Positions 24,613 to 38,515 of a stretch of DNA of 52,710 nucleotides are shown one piece after another. Position 1 is the stretch's first letter. Each line of letters starts with the position of its first letter. The translations under genes and the position numbers were made by a program. The notes under the pieces are model-generated. The model searched no databases, was not told where the DNA came from, and worked only from the letters and a program-made list of their open reading frames with translations. This stretch comes from Octopus bimaculoides. Lineage: Eukaryota. The stretch is taken from contig NC_068987.1 in NCBI RefSeq assembly GCF_001194135.2, forward strand, positions 65,944,278 to 65,996,987, read 5' to 3'.

Positions 24613-27073
24613 AGACAGACAGAGAGATAGATACATATATACTTATACATGTATATACATTTGTGTGCGTGCGTATGTATATGTGTATAAATGCATGTGT
24701 ATGTATTTGAATATGTACAAGTGTAGGTCTCGTGTGTTTATGCTAATCTGTTTTAACCTTTAGTCTGTAAATATTCCGACAATTATCTTGCTTTACCTGA
24801 GCTCGTACATTTGAATATTTTAAATAAAATAGTGAAATGATATCAGTAAATAACAGATCTTATTTAATTTTTTTTTCTCCAGGCATACACTAATGCGAAA
24901 CGATCTGATTACCGCCAACGTAATCATGATACACAACATAAATAGTTGTGTATCTCAAAGATACATTATCACAAATACCAACAAAAAAGCAAATGAAATT
25001 GCTTCTATTCTTGTGTTAACTATTATCGAGACGGCATCATATACGCTATTCGTAGATTAAAATACATTCTGCGGAGTAGCATCACTATATCCACCAATTT
25101 AGTAACCATTCTATTGGTGGTGATACATGCTGTCTCCGTGCATGTATCTTGTGTTGCTTTACCTACGTGTACCAACACCCAAGGCCAACGAACATAGATA
25201 AACTTTCTCAAAAACTATGAAGCTATAATCTAATGTATATACTAAAGTGCATTTTACCTGCAGTCAAATAAACTATTTTGTTTGCTAATGTAGGGATGTT
25301 AGTAAAAAGCAACCAAATCATTTTAATAAAGCTTAAATAGAGATGTCTTGAATAAAGATATCATAAACGATGAAATATAAATACAATGGCAGATTATTTA
25401 TGATGCATTGCAAGAGCAAAATTATAAATGGTCATGTTAGACAATCCAAATTGGGTAAGCTGCTTCATTAAACATTGAATTTTCTAAAATATCTATTTTT
25501 ATGTTCCTTCTACATCTGCAGACTCTGACTTGATATCAAAAGTACGCATTTTGTTAGTAAAGTGGTGCATTTCGTTCCACAATATTTCTGTGTTGAATTT
25601 TACGTGTGTTTCATGTCTTGTTTTGGTGACTCGATATTGAATAATTGATTATATTTGTGAAGTAAATTATACTAATGTTAAATTACTATTTACAAAATTT
25701 CTGTACCTAAATATATGTGAAGAGGATTTGATCTTCTCATAAAACATCTACGAAACCTGAACTAGTTATAATTCCATATAATTTCAGTTTTTGCTAATAA
25801 GTCCATTTTGTATGCACTATATTACTAATATATGGTAATAGATATATTTCAGCAAGCTTATATCTTATGCAGATTCTGAAGGGCATTTAAAATCAATGCC
25901 CCAACATTAGATAAGACGAAATTGTTTTTGTCGAAGAACAAATTTTTTTCCAGACGTATACGTGTGTTATATTATTTAATATTGGAATATTTTGGGACTT
26001 AGTTATAAGTGTAAATCTCCTAATCAGAGGAAGATTATCCTATGAAATCAATTGTGACACTTTGGTACATGTATATCTACATCCGCTATGTATTCAAAAA
26101 GACAACAGTTCCTTACACATACCAAATTATGTGATGGTGGAGATGCCATTTCTAATTTCGTATTTCTTCTGAAACTCAAACTCGATAAATGACTGTATCT
26201 GAAATCGATATGCACGAAGCTATTCTAATAGTATAGACAAAGCAACTAAACGTCGCGATCATTTCTACACGTCAACAATCATATACTCCCAATACTTGTA
26301 TATTTGAGAAGAACGTCTAAAACACACAAGACCTACGAGAATCACCGTTACAATATTTAACTTGAAAAAAGAGAAGTATAAACTTTCCTTGATATTACTA
26401 ACATGTTGTTTATGAAATGCGATCGTCTGCCAGAGTATAGGCAAATGGCAGTGGGCCATGCTTCCCTAATAAAGCCGAAATCATTAAAAATAGGAAATAG
26501 ACGCATAGAATCGTTTCTGATTATATCCTGGAAAAATTAAGAATGTATACACATGTGTGCAACACCGTGCATAATAAACGTCATGAACCCACAATTTGAA
26601 TGAAACAATGAGATGTTCACAATGAACTTCTTTGAAAGTCTCTCTATGCTAAACAATGAAAGACACGTGAAGTAGACATGCCAAAAGACTGATAGAGGAA
26701 AAAGTGTGAGCAAGTCATTAAAGGAGTTTTAGGGTCAGAGCGAGGATAAAAGCAACGCTACAGCTTAGCAAAACCACGACAAGGAAAGATAATACAAGCA
26801 TAACACATACATTCATACACCTATAGTAAAATTTATTGGCAATATTTAGGCAGTACTTTTTCATTGCTTTATAAATACATATTGTCTTGACATAATTTCA
26901 TTTCATCGTATAAGTCTGTTTTACGTTTTTTATTATTGACATTCGGTATTCATTCCTGCTGCATGTATTGTCAGCGTTCATCACACACATGTATGCCTAT
27001 GTATACACAATAGGTATATACGATAGGAATATATGAAATCAGATCTGAAAGATGGCGTATTCGCACCGTTACC

Positions 27074-27074
<1 letters not shown>

Positions 27075-27147
<73 letters not shown>

Positions 27148-27156
27148 CATCATCAT
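27075..27156. repeat. (TTA)n(TCA)n microsatellite
   Basis: Direct reading. Confidence 0.97.
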
Positions 27157-27438
27157 TTATGGTTTCTTTTCATTATAACTTTATTTCAGCTGCCTTAGGA
27201 ACGGGCATCCTCCGGAGGCCAAGAGTAGCAAGGGCACTTTTGTTTTGCTATGCATACTAAAATTATCACCCCATTTATTCCATGTTACATGGAGATTGCT
27301 TTCCGTAGTATATGTGCTGTACCCATCAATGTTATTTTTTGTAGTTCATGGAGTTTGGAGTTACCAGGGAGTTGCTTAATATATGTCTTAGCTCCTTTCT
27401 TTATCATTCCCAACACAGAAATTACTACTAGTATTATC

Positions 27439-27439
<1 letters not shown>

Positions 27440-27512
<73 letters not shown>

Positions 27513-27520
27513 GTTGTTGT
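27440..27520. repeat. (TTA)n(TTG)n microsatellite
   Basis: Direct reading. Confidence 0.97.
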
Positions 27521-27848
27521 TCAGTAGTTTTATTTGTATAACGTGCTTTCACTTCACCACCGAGCGCAGCTCTGTGTGCCTTGGGTATGTGCTGTGGTTT
27601 GCTGTGATGCTCTTATGGTTACTGTATTGAGCGGGATGGGCTACTCGACCTGAAGAAAATTCTAACTGGGCCCCACCTGCAAGTTCACGAGCTGTTAATC
27701 TTGATATGAGATCACTATGTCGCACACATATGGTTGTGATGCATGTGCCTGGTGTACCCTTATCAGACGGGTAGTCATGATGGGTATATTGGGCTTCGTA
27801 TATTTTACCCCAGTGTCACTTTGATAGCATGCACTGCTCTCTCACTCA
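27521..27848 (-). mobile_element. Short retroposon-like element bounded by TAA repeats
   Basis: Minus strand starts after ATTATT and ends AAATAAAACTACTGA followed by a (CAA)(TAA)n tail; noncoding and more GC-rich than its flanks. Confidence 0.55.
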
Positions 27849-29479
27849 ATAATAATCGTAATCATGTTTAATTCATTATCAATCGTTTTACTATATACAT
27901 ACGGATTAAGAGTAATGTTAATCATTATAAAATTTGCAGTGAAATAGCAAAAAATGTAATGCACAGTATATATTTTTTTCGAGCTACGTTTGATTGACGT
28001 TCGATCTACGATTGATTTATGTTCAATTCACGGTTGATTTATGTTCAATTCACGTACCACCTCCATTGGCTTTACTTTTTAATCTCTACATTCGGTAAAT
28101 AGCAATTAATAATGTAATGGAAGTCATCTAATCGATTAACATACCCCATACACATTCCATTCCTATAAGCCACTCTAGAAATCATTATTATCAATATTTT
28201 GTTGAATAGTTAATAATCCAATAATTCATTAATCTATAATATAATGTTTATCAAAATATGTTAAAAGTCACAGAAGGCTGAGTTGCTACATTCAAAGTTT
28301 GAGTCCTACCAAAGACACCACTTCATGCTATTCTGATTAAAAATCTCTTAACCTTCAAGAACTTAGACAAATAAATGCCAATTGATACTATTGAATATAC
28401 ATTGCGCTACTGCATTTATTTGACACTAATTTGAATACTTCATTCAAGGTTAAAGATAAAATGCATGAACACTGCATGTGTCGTAAGAACTGTCTTCGAC
28501 TAATTACTGCTTCACATAATTCATGTGGGTTTAATTCTTATAGGCTATTTGTTTTGGATTATAGGATTACAAATTGTTGATGTTTTTATTTAGATAGTTT
28601 AGTCAGAAAGATAGTCAATGTTTATTAACTTCGCAGCCGCTTCATTGAGGTTGTTTATTGCATTTTTGACAGCGGAACTAATAAGTGAGTGTCTTTAACT
28701 CGGTCCAAAACAAGTATTTTCATGGATTTTGTTCGCTGTACAAGGATGTTTGTTCCTTCGGTTGTGTAATGAGAGTGAGATGAGAACGAATTAAAAATAT
28801 GCAACTCCCCCACACGTCTGTCTAGGGGAGGGGTTTATGCGTAATTGTATACACATTATTTATGGGTTAAGACGGCAACCGCTGCTTGATATGAATAGGT
28901 TTATTATCAATTTTCAAGTGTGTTACATGGGAACGTCAGGATTAGTCACCATTTTGGATGAGAATGTAACAGAATGCACGAATGTAACAGGAGATTGTAC
29001 GGGATTTCAGGATAAATGAATATACAGATTATAGGAGGTAACATGTAAGGAAATATGAATTGTTGTTTATCATGCATTATTTCTGTGATCTTTGCAAGGA
29101 ACTGCATTCGCCATGGATTGATTGAATCCTTAATCCTTTTATGTGGGACTGCTCGTGCACAAATGAAGACTTAGCAAGTTTGGAGGGATATCAGAGTGTG
29201 TTGCGGTTCCGTTTGAAATTTAGAAGTATGCCTTGCTGCTTGTGAATGCAGGTAGAGAGGTTCTCCACCCTAATATTTAATATGTTCAGTGTTGATGATA
29301 TGATATTTAACTTTTCCGTAATGCAAGGCACTATACCGATTGTTATTTCTGCATAACTAACATCTCAGGTTTCTCTAAGAAGAGCAAATCCATGATTGTT
29401 AATCCAGATTGCCCTTCAGCTTTAAAACCAGTTGCTCATGCTGCTGAAAATATTCCAATTCCAATTTCATCTTTTGATG

Positions 29480-29817
29480 CTTAAATAGTCTTGACTATTA
29501 ATTCCGCCATGAAGGGAAACCATTGGGCCGGCGGATTCCTAAGATATAACCCCCGAAACCATCACAGATCCTCTTCTATGTTTAACAGTTGGAATAAGGC
29601 AGTCTGGGTCAAATAATTTTATTGGCTATCTTCACATGTAAACTCGACAGGTGGTCGGAAATAATGTAAAGGATGACTTGTCCGTGAAAATAACGTTCTT
29701 CAACTGCTGTAGAGAGCAATTCTGTAGGATTTTACTCCACTCTAAACGCTTTGTAACGTTTGTTATTGAAAGTAGTGGTTTTTCTGATTGCAGCCCTCCG
29801 TAAATTCCGGCTTTTTG
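29480..29817 (-). mobile_element. Tc1-type transposase fragment running into an N-gap
   Basis: KAGIYG..KPLLSITNVTKRLEW..NVIFTDKSSFTLFPTTCRVY, then LHGGINSQDYLSI. Confidence 0.85.
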
Positions 29818-30148
29818 NNNNNNNNNNNNNNNNNNNNNNNNNNNNNNNNNNNNNNNNNNNNNNNNNNNNNNNNNNNNNNNNNNNNNNNNNNNNNNNNNNN
29901 NNNNNNNNNNNNNNNNNNNNNNNNNNNNNNNNNNNNNNNNNNNNNNNNNNNNNNNNNNNNNNNNNNNNNNNNNNNNNNNNNNNNNNNNNNNNNNNNNNNN
30001 NNNNNNNNNNNNNNNNNNNNNNNNNNNNNNNNNNNNNNNNNNNNNNNNNNNNNNNNNNNNNNNNNNNNNNNNNNNNNNNNNNNNNNNNNNNNNNNNNNNN
30101 NNNNNNNNNNNNNNNNNNNNNNNNNNNNNNNNNNNNNNNNNNNNNNNN

Positions 30149-30191
<43 letters not shown>

Positions 30192-30199
30192 ATGTATAT

Positions 30200-30405
30200 G
30201 TTTGTGTGTCTGTGTTTCCCCCCACCCAACATCACTTGACAACCGATGGTGGTGTGATTACGTCCCCGTAACTTAGCAGTTCGGCAACAAAACCGATAGA
30301 ATAAGTACTAGGCTTACAAAGAAAAAGTCCTGGGGATCGATTTGCTCGACTAAAAGCCGTGCTCCAGTATGACCGCAGTCAAATGACTGAAACAAGTAAA
30401 AGAGT
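30200..30405 (+). mobile_element. 3' half of the abundant microsatellite-containing SINE
   Basis: CGTAACTTAGCAGTTCGGCAA..CCGATAGAATAAGTACTAGGC..TGCTCCAGTATGACCGCAGTCAAATGACTGAAAC; reverse homologues at 31915-32100 and 42695-42760. Confidence 0.85.
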
Positions 30406-31239
30406 TTATACATATATAATACACATATGTATATATGTATATTCTATTATGCGTTCAAGGCCAAAGGTTGTGGTTATGCTCAAAAGCGGTGATGGGAAAG
30501 ATACAATATTAATACCAGTTCAAATATGTATTAGAGTTATTAGAACCTGTAAATAGTTTGTAATGCAGTATATGGCGAGGGTTGGATATTTGTTTAAGAC
30601 GAAATGGTCCTGAAATATCGCAGAGCACCATCTATTTGACCGATGGATGCATCTTGATATTCTTTGTTTTCTTTCAGCAGGAGATTCCAATAGAAGAAAC
30701 TCTGGGACGGTTAGAAAGCAAAGCTTGTTTTATCGTAAATCGTTAGATATTTCCAATGGTTGAGCAAAATTGTAGTCGAACAAGAGTGAATACAAGCATA
30801 ATTCAGAAGAAAATATATAGAATAACACCTCTGTTGAATCATTTATTATTTTACAAGAAATCTGCCACTCTCGTTTCGTATAACTGTTAACAAAGTGCAA
30901 TTGTAAACTAAACTTACTGCTGCTTAACACAAGAGAAGCTCAAGATAAACTAGAATATACTACAGCTTTAATTGCAGAAATATATACGACTATTTCGATC
31001 TCGTAGATTCATTAAGTATAGAAAATATATTCAACTACTTAATTGAGTACATTTATAAGTAGGATATTCGATTTTCACGAAGAATAAAAGAAAACAATCA
31101 TTCGATAATACAGAAAAATAAAATAGCTAATAAAGATATGGATTTTTCGCCTTTAGCTCACATTATTCATATCTACTTCCTGATCTGTAATTGTAACTGT
31201 ATTTCTTACCGCTTCACTTTCACTTACAATACAATACGC

Positions 31240-31240
31240 A

Positions 31241-31321
<81 letters not shown>

Positions 31322-31322
31322 C
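31240..31322. repeat. (ATCT)n repeat
   Basis: Direct reading. Confidence 0.97.
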
Positions 31323-31914
31323 TATGCGTTTGTAAGCATATCTCTGTATATGCACGCACACATATACACACAAACAGATCTATGCACACGCACCTACGTA
31401 TTCATATATCCGATAACAGACCCGCATTCATGCACTCTTGATATACACACATATGCATTCACACACATACACACACACTCAGACAGACGCACGCGCACAC
31501 ACACACACACACACACGAACACGCACACACACAAGCTGGAAGACACTTTTGATCGTCAGACAAAATGCTTAGTGATATTTCTTCTGGCTTCTTACATCCT
31601 GCTGAGGCTAACTTGCTTTTGATGCTTTCGAGCCATAAAATAAATTACTAGTCAAATACTGTGGTCAATGTAATTGACTTGTGTTCTTCCCTCATAATTT
31701 TTGGCCTTGAATTGTTCAGCAGCGGTAATTCGTACTTTTGCTGGCAAATTACGATATCAGCAACGGCGGATTTTGACTTAGCATGCGGTTTCTAGTGGAT
31801 AATTGCTATTCCGAAGCTCAGAGAGACAGAAATTTGAATTTAGTAATTTCACCACAGCTGTTGTTCAATTTTAGCCAGTCACCGATTACATTCTTTTATT
31901 CTTTAATTCTTTTA

Positions 31915-32100
31915 CCTATTTCAGTCATTTGACTTCGGTCATGAAAGAGAAAGAGAAATCGACCCCCGGACTTACTATTTTAGGGTCAGTACTTATTCTA
32001 TCGGTATTTTGGTGAACTGCTATGTTACGGAGACCTAAGTACACCAGCATCGGTTGTTAAGCAATGACAGTGGTGGTGGGGACAAACACTAATATCAGGA
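31915..32100 (-). mobile_element. 3' half of the same SINE family, diverged
   Basis: TCAGTCATTTGAC..GTACTTATTCTATCGGT..GAACTGCTATGTTACGG is the reverse complement of 30200-30405. Confidence 0.8.
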
Positions 32101-32974
32101 AACACATAAACATGCACACATACATATATATATATGTATATATANNNNNNNNNNNNNNNNNNNNNNNNNNNNNNNNNNNNNNNNNNNNNNNNNNNNNNNN
32201 NNNNNNNNNNNNNNNNNNNNNNNNNNNNNNNNNNNNNNNNNNNNNNNNNNNNNNNNNNNNNNNNNNNNNNNNNNNNNNNNNNNNNNNNNNNNNNNNNNNN
32301 NNNNNNNNNNNNNNNNNNNNNNNNNNNNNNNNNNNNNNNNNNNNNNNNNNNNNNNNNNNNNNNNNNNNNNNNNNNNNNNNNNNNNNNNNNNNNNNNNNNN
32401 NNNNNNNNNNNNNNNNNNNNNNNNNNNNNNNNNNNNNNNNNNNNNNNNNNNNNNNNNNNNNNNNNNNNNNNNNNNNNNNNNNNNNNNNNNNNNNNNNNNN
32501 NNNNNNNNNNNNNNNNNNNNNNNNNNNNNNNNNNNNNNNNNNNNNNNNNNNNNNNNNNNNNNNNNNNNNNNNNNNNNNNNNNNNNNNNNNNNNNNNNNNN
32601 NNNNNNNNNNNNNNNNNNNNNNNNNNNNNNNNNNNNNNNNNNNNNNNNNNNNNNNNNNNNNNNNNNNNNNNNNNNNNNNNNNNNNNNNNNNNNNNNNNNN
32701 NNNNNNNNNNNNNNNNNNNNNNNNNNNNNNNNNNNNNNNNNNNNNNNNNNNNNNNNNNNNNNNNNNNNNNNNNNNNNNNNNNNNNNNNNNNNNNNNNNNN
32801 NNNNNNNNNNNNNNNNNNNNNNNNNNNNNNNNNNNNNNNNNNNNNNNNNNNNNNNNNNNNNNNNNNNNNNNNNTTATGATTAAGCATATTTCTCTACCTC
32901 TGATATTTTCTACCTTGTTTCGTACTTACGTGCTTACTCTGGTATATATACACAAATTTTATATATATACACAA

Positions 32975-33021
<47 letters not shown>

Positions 33022-33129
33022 GCGTTTATGTATTTATACATAAACATATGTACGGTAGAAGTAGGAGCACATCAGATTCAGGTAGCGCGGTGGGTGGGTG
33101 TAAACTGACCGTTCAATTTGTCATTTTTG

Positions 33130-33800
33130 TCAAAACTGTGTGGTCGGGCATTGTTCGAGTGAATGTGGATAATTTTTAGATTTTTGTTTGGTCGCATCTA
33201 TCTAATGACTTCTCAAAACTTTCACTGCCTCAATGAACCATTCGCTGTCCAGGGTGCATCGATGTTTCAGACAATTAAGGAGAATTATACGCTTCTCATT
33301 CCAATAAACAGTGACCATGACTTTCTATCCCGATTGCTGTTTTCTTGGGGAAGATGTATGGCGCTATTCCACCGACTAGGCCTTCGTTACCGGATCACAA
33401 AGATGCTGTGCCTCTCCATCGTTGCCAAGATCGGAAAAATGCAGCACCTCAAAACATTTTCCCACCACTTTTCTCCCAAATATCAACTACTGAAGTACCC
33501 ATTATACACGAACTTTTCGATACTCAAAATTCTGTATCACCTTACGCATGCATTACGACTAGTGCAGTTGTGCTGCAAATTTACGTCCACTTGCTAGCGA
33601 TTCATTTCATCCACTGTATGATATTTTTCCAGTGCTGGTTCCTCTTCTTTAAACTTCTTCATCTATCAGTGCACATTGCTCTTGTCAATAATCCCACTCT
33701 TCATGAACAACCTGGAATCTTCTGTATGTATCAGACAGACGGCACCAGCTCGGTGTTTCTGCTTAGATTCCATGATTTATTTGAGATGAAGTTAAACAGA
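33130..33800 (-). mobile_element. Decayed mariner transposase remnant
   Basis: SVE*RHTSSPRKQQSG*KVMVTVYWNEKRIILL..TLDSEWFIEAVKVLR resembles the mariner SMEWRH..P..KVMVTVFWD region; many stops. Confidence 0.75.
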
Positions 33801-34379
33801 AAAAAAGAGCTACTTTATAGAAATGTTCTTCTCTCTACAAACATGTGCAACTTGAATGACCTATGTGAGGTGATAAAAAATTATGCCCACTTTTACATTT
33901 ATTCAGTACAACACTCGTATTTAGTCCACTAAAAAAAACAACAAAAAACAAACGTATATCCTTTTGTCGAATTTTAAGTTTAAAATCATTTTGAATTTTG
34001 TTTTTTTTCATTCCGAAAGCAATATATTGTTTATGGCTAAGATCTGTACAACATTGAACTTAAGTATATCAATTATAAAATTACCTCGTTAAAAAGAGTC
34101 TGTGGAGCGGATTCCTGCTGAGGCAAAAGAAATCAATATTTCAAACAAAATAACCCGATTGGAAACATCATCTGTTTCCTAATCTCAGATTGTTTAATAC
34201 GTCAATAACCGTAGAAATTCATGTTATTCATTGTTAACGAAAATAGTTTCCGCTATCGATTTCCTTAAATAACTAAATGAATCAAATTTATAATAATAAA
34301 TTATAATACAAAACAACTAGATTTTAAAAACGCAACGGTAAAAAACAAAGTAGGTTTATCTTATTTAGCATTTCCTTAC

Positions 34380-34460
34380 AAAATGTCCGTCGGCTTACGA
34401 CTGTCTTCTCTTTCGGGGCAACTAGAATTACAAGCTAAGTGACTTCGATTACAGCAGTAT
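34380..34460 (-). CDS. Candidate 81-nt internal exon (unverified)
   Basis: About 150-nt pyrimidine-rich tract on the minus strand ending CTTCAG; one open frame RYCCNRSHLACNSSCPEREDSRKPTDI; donors GTAAGG (after 34380) or GTAAGC (after 34399). Confidence 0.25.
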
Positions 34461-34644
34461 CTGAAGATGACATGAATAAAAAGAAAATCATGACTAAAAC
34501 TGAAAACAAAGAGAACAACGAAGATGGGAAAAACAGAGTGGAAACGGGGGAATGTGGAAGGAAAGAAAAAGAAAAAGTTGAAATGGAAAAGAATTAAACA
34601 ATGAGGAAAAGAGAAAGCGTGAAACATATAGATGAGGTGAACAA

Positions 34645-34647
<3 letters not shown>

Positions 34648-34675
<28 letters not shown>

Positions 34676-34703
34676 CATACATAGATAGATACATACATAC
34701 ATA
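34648..34703. repeat. (ACAT)n repeat
   Basis: Direct reading. Confidence 0.95.
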
Positions 34704-35599
34704 CGGGTGTCCGTGTTTCAGTAATGGGGATTAAGTCGCTCATCTCAATTATCTGCTCCTGAATTAACACGTAAATGACTGACAAATGTACACACACGTG
34801 TACACTTAATGTAATTCTTCGCCAGAATCAGCGTGTTACAGTCAGTTATATGACAATATCTTTTTTTTGTTATTATAGATCCACTCAACATATCCGATGG
34901 GCTTCTAAACAGTTTCCATATACTCAATTTCACAAACAAATTATGGACAAGCTAATTTTCAAATATTTTCATTGTTAAATTCACACCCAGGAGACAACTT
35001 AAAACTCATGGTATATAAACATCAAGATGGCTACTTATTACAATTTATATATTCACTTTTGAACGAGAAAATTATATAAACACAGTTTTGTATCTTTGGC
35101 TCATTAAACTGTAGTAAATTTTGCAATTTGATAAGCTGCTTTTTACTTACGACTGGTAAGATCATTTTTAGAAGAAACCGTGTGTTATGAACTTATATAC
35201 AAAGATTTATGAAGAAAAGTGAAACCCCTAATATTTCCAGATTTTCATCTTTATTCCTTTTCTTTAACGGTCAAAACCTCTAAGAGATTGAAGAGACAGA
35301 TTGTACTCATGAAAATATCTAGTTATTTGATTGGGTTAGTTTCAACAGTTCGTTAAAATTGTTTTAACAAAATACTTAATATGAACAACAGGCGTGTACT
35401 TCTAGATTCGTTTTACAAGTTTGTTCTTTGAATGTGTAAATGAAATATTTCGCGTCATTAGTTATGATTATAGCTTGCATAACTATATTAAGTCGTTAAA
35501 AAATGTTGTTTTTCTTCTACTCTGACATGAATATATTTATTAAAATGCTATTCATTATGCATCAAACAAAACTTAATCTGAAATCTATTAACGATTGCA

Positions 35600-36800
35600 G
35601 TAAAGTAAAACCAGTATTTCTCTACTTGAAACAGAATAAATTTACTCTCCAAGAAAATTTAATTTAGTTGTAAAGCAAGGAAGAAAGAATCTTACGCGTC
35701 TCGGCTACGAGTACCAAAAGAATTTAGAAAAGCTGGAAACAAAATTACTTCTAGAAGAACCATATAAAGAAAGCTCAAAATTGGCCGTCTCGTCGCTAAA
35801 ACAGAGTTTGAACACCTGTGTTCAGTAAGAAAATATTAAGGATAAATTGTATTTTTCGGCCTATTCTGGTCGCTGGGATTGTTTTCAGAAAGACATTGAG
35901 TAACGATTCAAGATTTGAGCATAATCGTCGCCTTTGCAGAGCCTGTGAGAGTTTCTACTTTGCATATATGTTAACAACCGTGAGAGAAAACGGCGATAGA
36001 ATGATGGCATGAGATTTTCCTGAACGTGTTAGTGATATTATAAGGTCTGCAGGCACTCTCACTGCATTAGAATACCTAAACTTTCAAGGCGGAAAAATAT
36101 CAACTGAAGTAAATATAAAGAATAAGAGGACAGTGCTCTCGTTTATACTGCAAAGAAACAAAATACAGTTATATTAAGACTCCATGAAAATTATTCTGTG
36201 GTCAGTTTAGAGTACATATTTGAATCCCGTAGCCAATAACAGAGCATGTCCTGTGCTCAAATTGGGAAAAGAATTTGAAAACTCTCAGCAAATGTTGGTA
36301 ACTATGAAACTTGAATGGGACATATTTGCGTTTCGTGGGTAAAGAAAACCCCATCTGAATGTTTGTTCGAAAGACTGCAAATAGAACTTATTGCAATAAA
36401 ATATTAAAAAAATTGTGCTTCATTTTTCTCCAGAAGTTAAGACAATACTAAAGTGTATAAATGATGAATACCTATATTTAAGAAAAAAAAATAGCGAAGA
36501 AAACTGTATCGTTTACAATATGACGGAACAAAATGCTAGAACAGTTGAAAAATATTTTGTGATACAAGACATAGTGTAAGCAAAAAATATTGAAAAACAT
36601 GCAGGTTACAAATACTGGATAAGGACGAGCATAAAACTCTCTTTCTACACACACAATGAAACATAAAGTTCCGGTTGATGTGGCCTAGAAAAGAAATATA
36701 GCTTGCGTATACTACAAGAGTTCATTCTGAGAGGTGAAAAAATGTACAAGTACTCTACTGGAACAAATGAAATATCGAGGTTAAAACTGGAGTATACTTA
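35600..36800 (+). mobile_element. Probable very old hAT (Charlie/Buster-like) transposase fossil
   Basis: Collinear weak motifs LRVSATSTKRI*KS, KTLSNDS, EFLLC, HSHCI, YIFESRSQ, DIF, YTT..SE, KYR; heavily frameshifted. Confidence 0.4.
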
Positions 36801-38515
36801 AATACTATTCCATGGAATTCAGAAGGACACATCTGAAAAGATGCAGGAGGGATTTCTTTTTCTTTAAAACCAAAATGGTTAATGCTCCTCTCTTGATAAT
36901 GTTATATAATGAATTTATTAAGCTAATAAATTTAGAGACCTCAGAGGAGAGAGTAGTTGAAATTTTATAAAGGAACTTAAAAGGAAATAAATTTAATCTG
37001 TTTTTAACACTGACTTCTGCAGTAAATAATGATTACTTGAAGCAATATAATAGCTACATGTTCGACATCAAAGAAAAGAACAAAACAAAAAATAAAAGCT
37101 GAACGTCTCGTCTCTACTGAAATATCAGTATTCCATAGAAACGTCTACTTAAGAAGTCTCATGTAAATATCTAATATTTTAAGCAAGAAGGATAAAATGG
37201 CGAGCGCACCAATTCGGTAAGTATAGTGGAAAATAAAAGAAAATACTTCAGTCTCTTAGAACGTTTCGAAGGCTATCTCTTCAAACTTATAGGAATCATT
37301 AAATTTAGAAAATGTAATAACGCATTCCAGTCGGATTTAAGTAGTAGAATTAAAGCCATAATTTCTGCAATGTAAATGCTGCAATCTTAACATTCCTACT
37401 TGGTTTATGTATGTTTCAATAAAGTAAAATTTGTATGAAATCGATAATCCCATCACATACACTTATAAAATGCATTGAAGAATACTTTGGATGAAATTAA
37501 TACTGATGTACATAACATTACTTCGAACTTCCATGTAGGAATCCAGACAGAACTTTGAAATTTTAAGCAACTACATTTCACGTTCATAGATCATTAAGCT
37601 AATTTTAATAACTCTTCTTTAAATTCATTAATGCAAACAAAATTTACATTAGAATTATTTGAAAAGTTATTCTTGATAATGTTTTGCCTAATCTCAAGTA
37701 TCATTTCCACACATCCTTATTAAATAATAGACAATTATTCTCTAGCTCTTATCCCTTACTAATAAATTGAAGTCTAAATTTCAATATTTTGATGTTAAGG
37801 ATTATCATGCATCAGTTACAGAATCCTCTCTTGTTAAGGCCTCAAACTATACTACTTCAATTATCGATGATATGGATATTAAAATGTAGACTTGAAAACA
37901 TATGATAAATCCTCTGGATTAAAGCGAAATATTTCTGATGTTCGAAATGATGTTATCGTAGATCAGCCATCAAATTGGATCATTGCCAGTCTCTAAATTA
38001 AGTTCTAGCTTCCAATTCGGTTGAATTTTACAGGAACGACATTTTTTTGCAATGTAAATGCTGCAATCGTAAGCCTTCTGATAAAACTAAGAAAGCGTAG
38101 ATCTATTTTTAACAAAATTTATGGATAAAACATTACCATAGAAACTAGATACAAACCTTAATCTCTTTAACTCTTTAGTCTTTTTGCAGCCCAAATGAGA
38201 CACCTGGCTAGAAACATCAGCCTCCTAATTATCTTAGAAATAATTTAGATAATTTTGTTAAGAAAGTCTCACATAAAATATATCACTTACTAAAAACTCC
38301 TAATAATTATTCTCCTTGTTACAATAATATTGAAATCGTGAAAGAAAATGTGTGAACAACTCAAAAAAGAGAAAAAAGGATTTTAGTTGAATCAATCGAC
38401 CCTGCTACATTGAAGAAGTAATAATCAAAGCTAAATTAGTTTTGTGCTGTCAAAATACTTAAAAACTCAGCATAAGAATTATATTATTTTTTAAAGCTAT
38501 CATTTCGGCGATCGC

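Noticed and set aside
29040-29290. Possible plus-strand Tc1/mariner C-terminal remnant (LNP..FYV, CGSV..C)
   Set aside because: Too degraded to support
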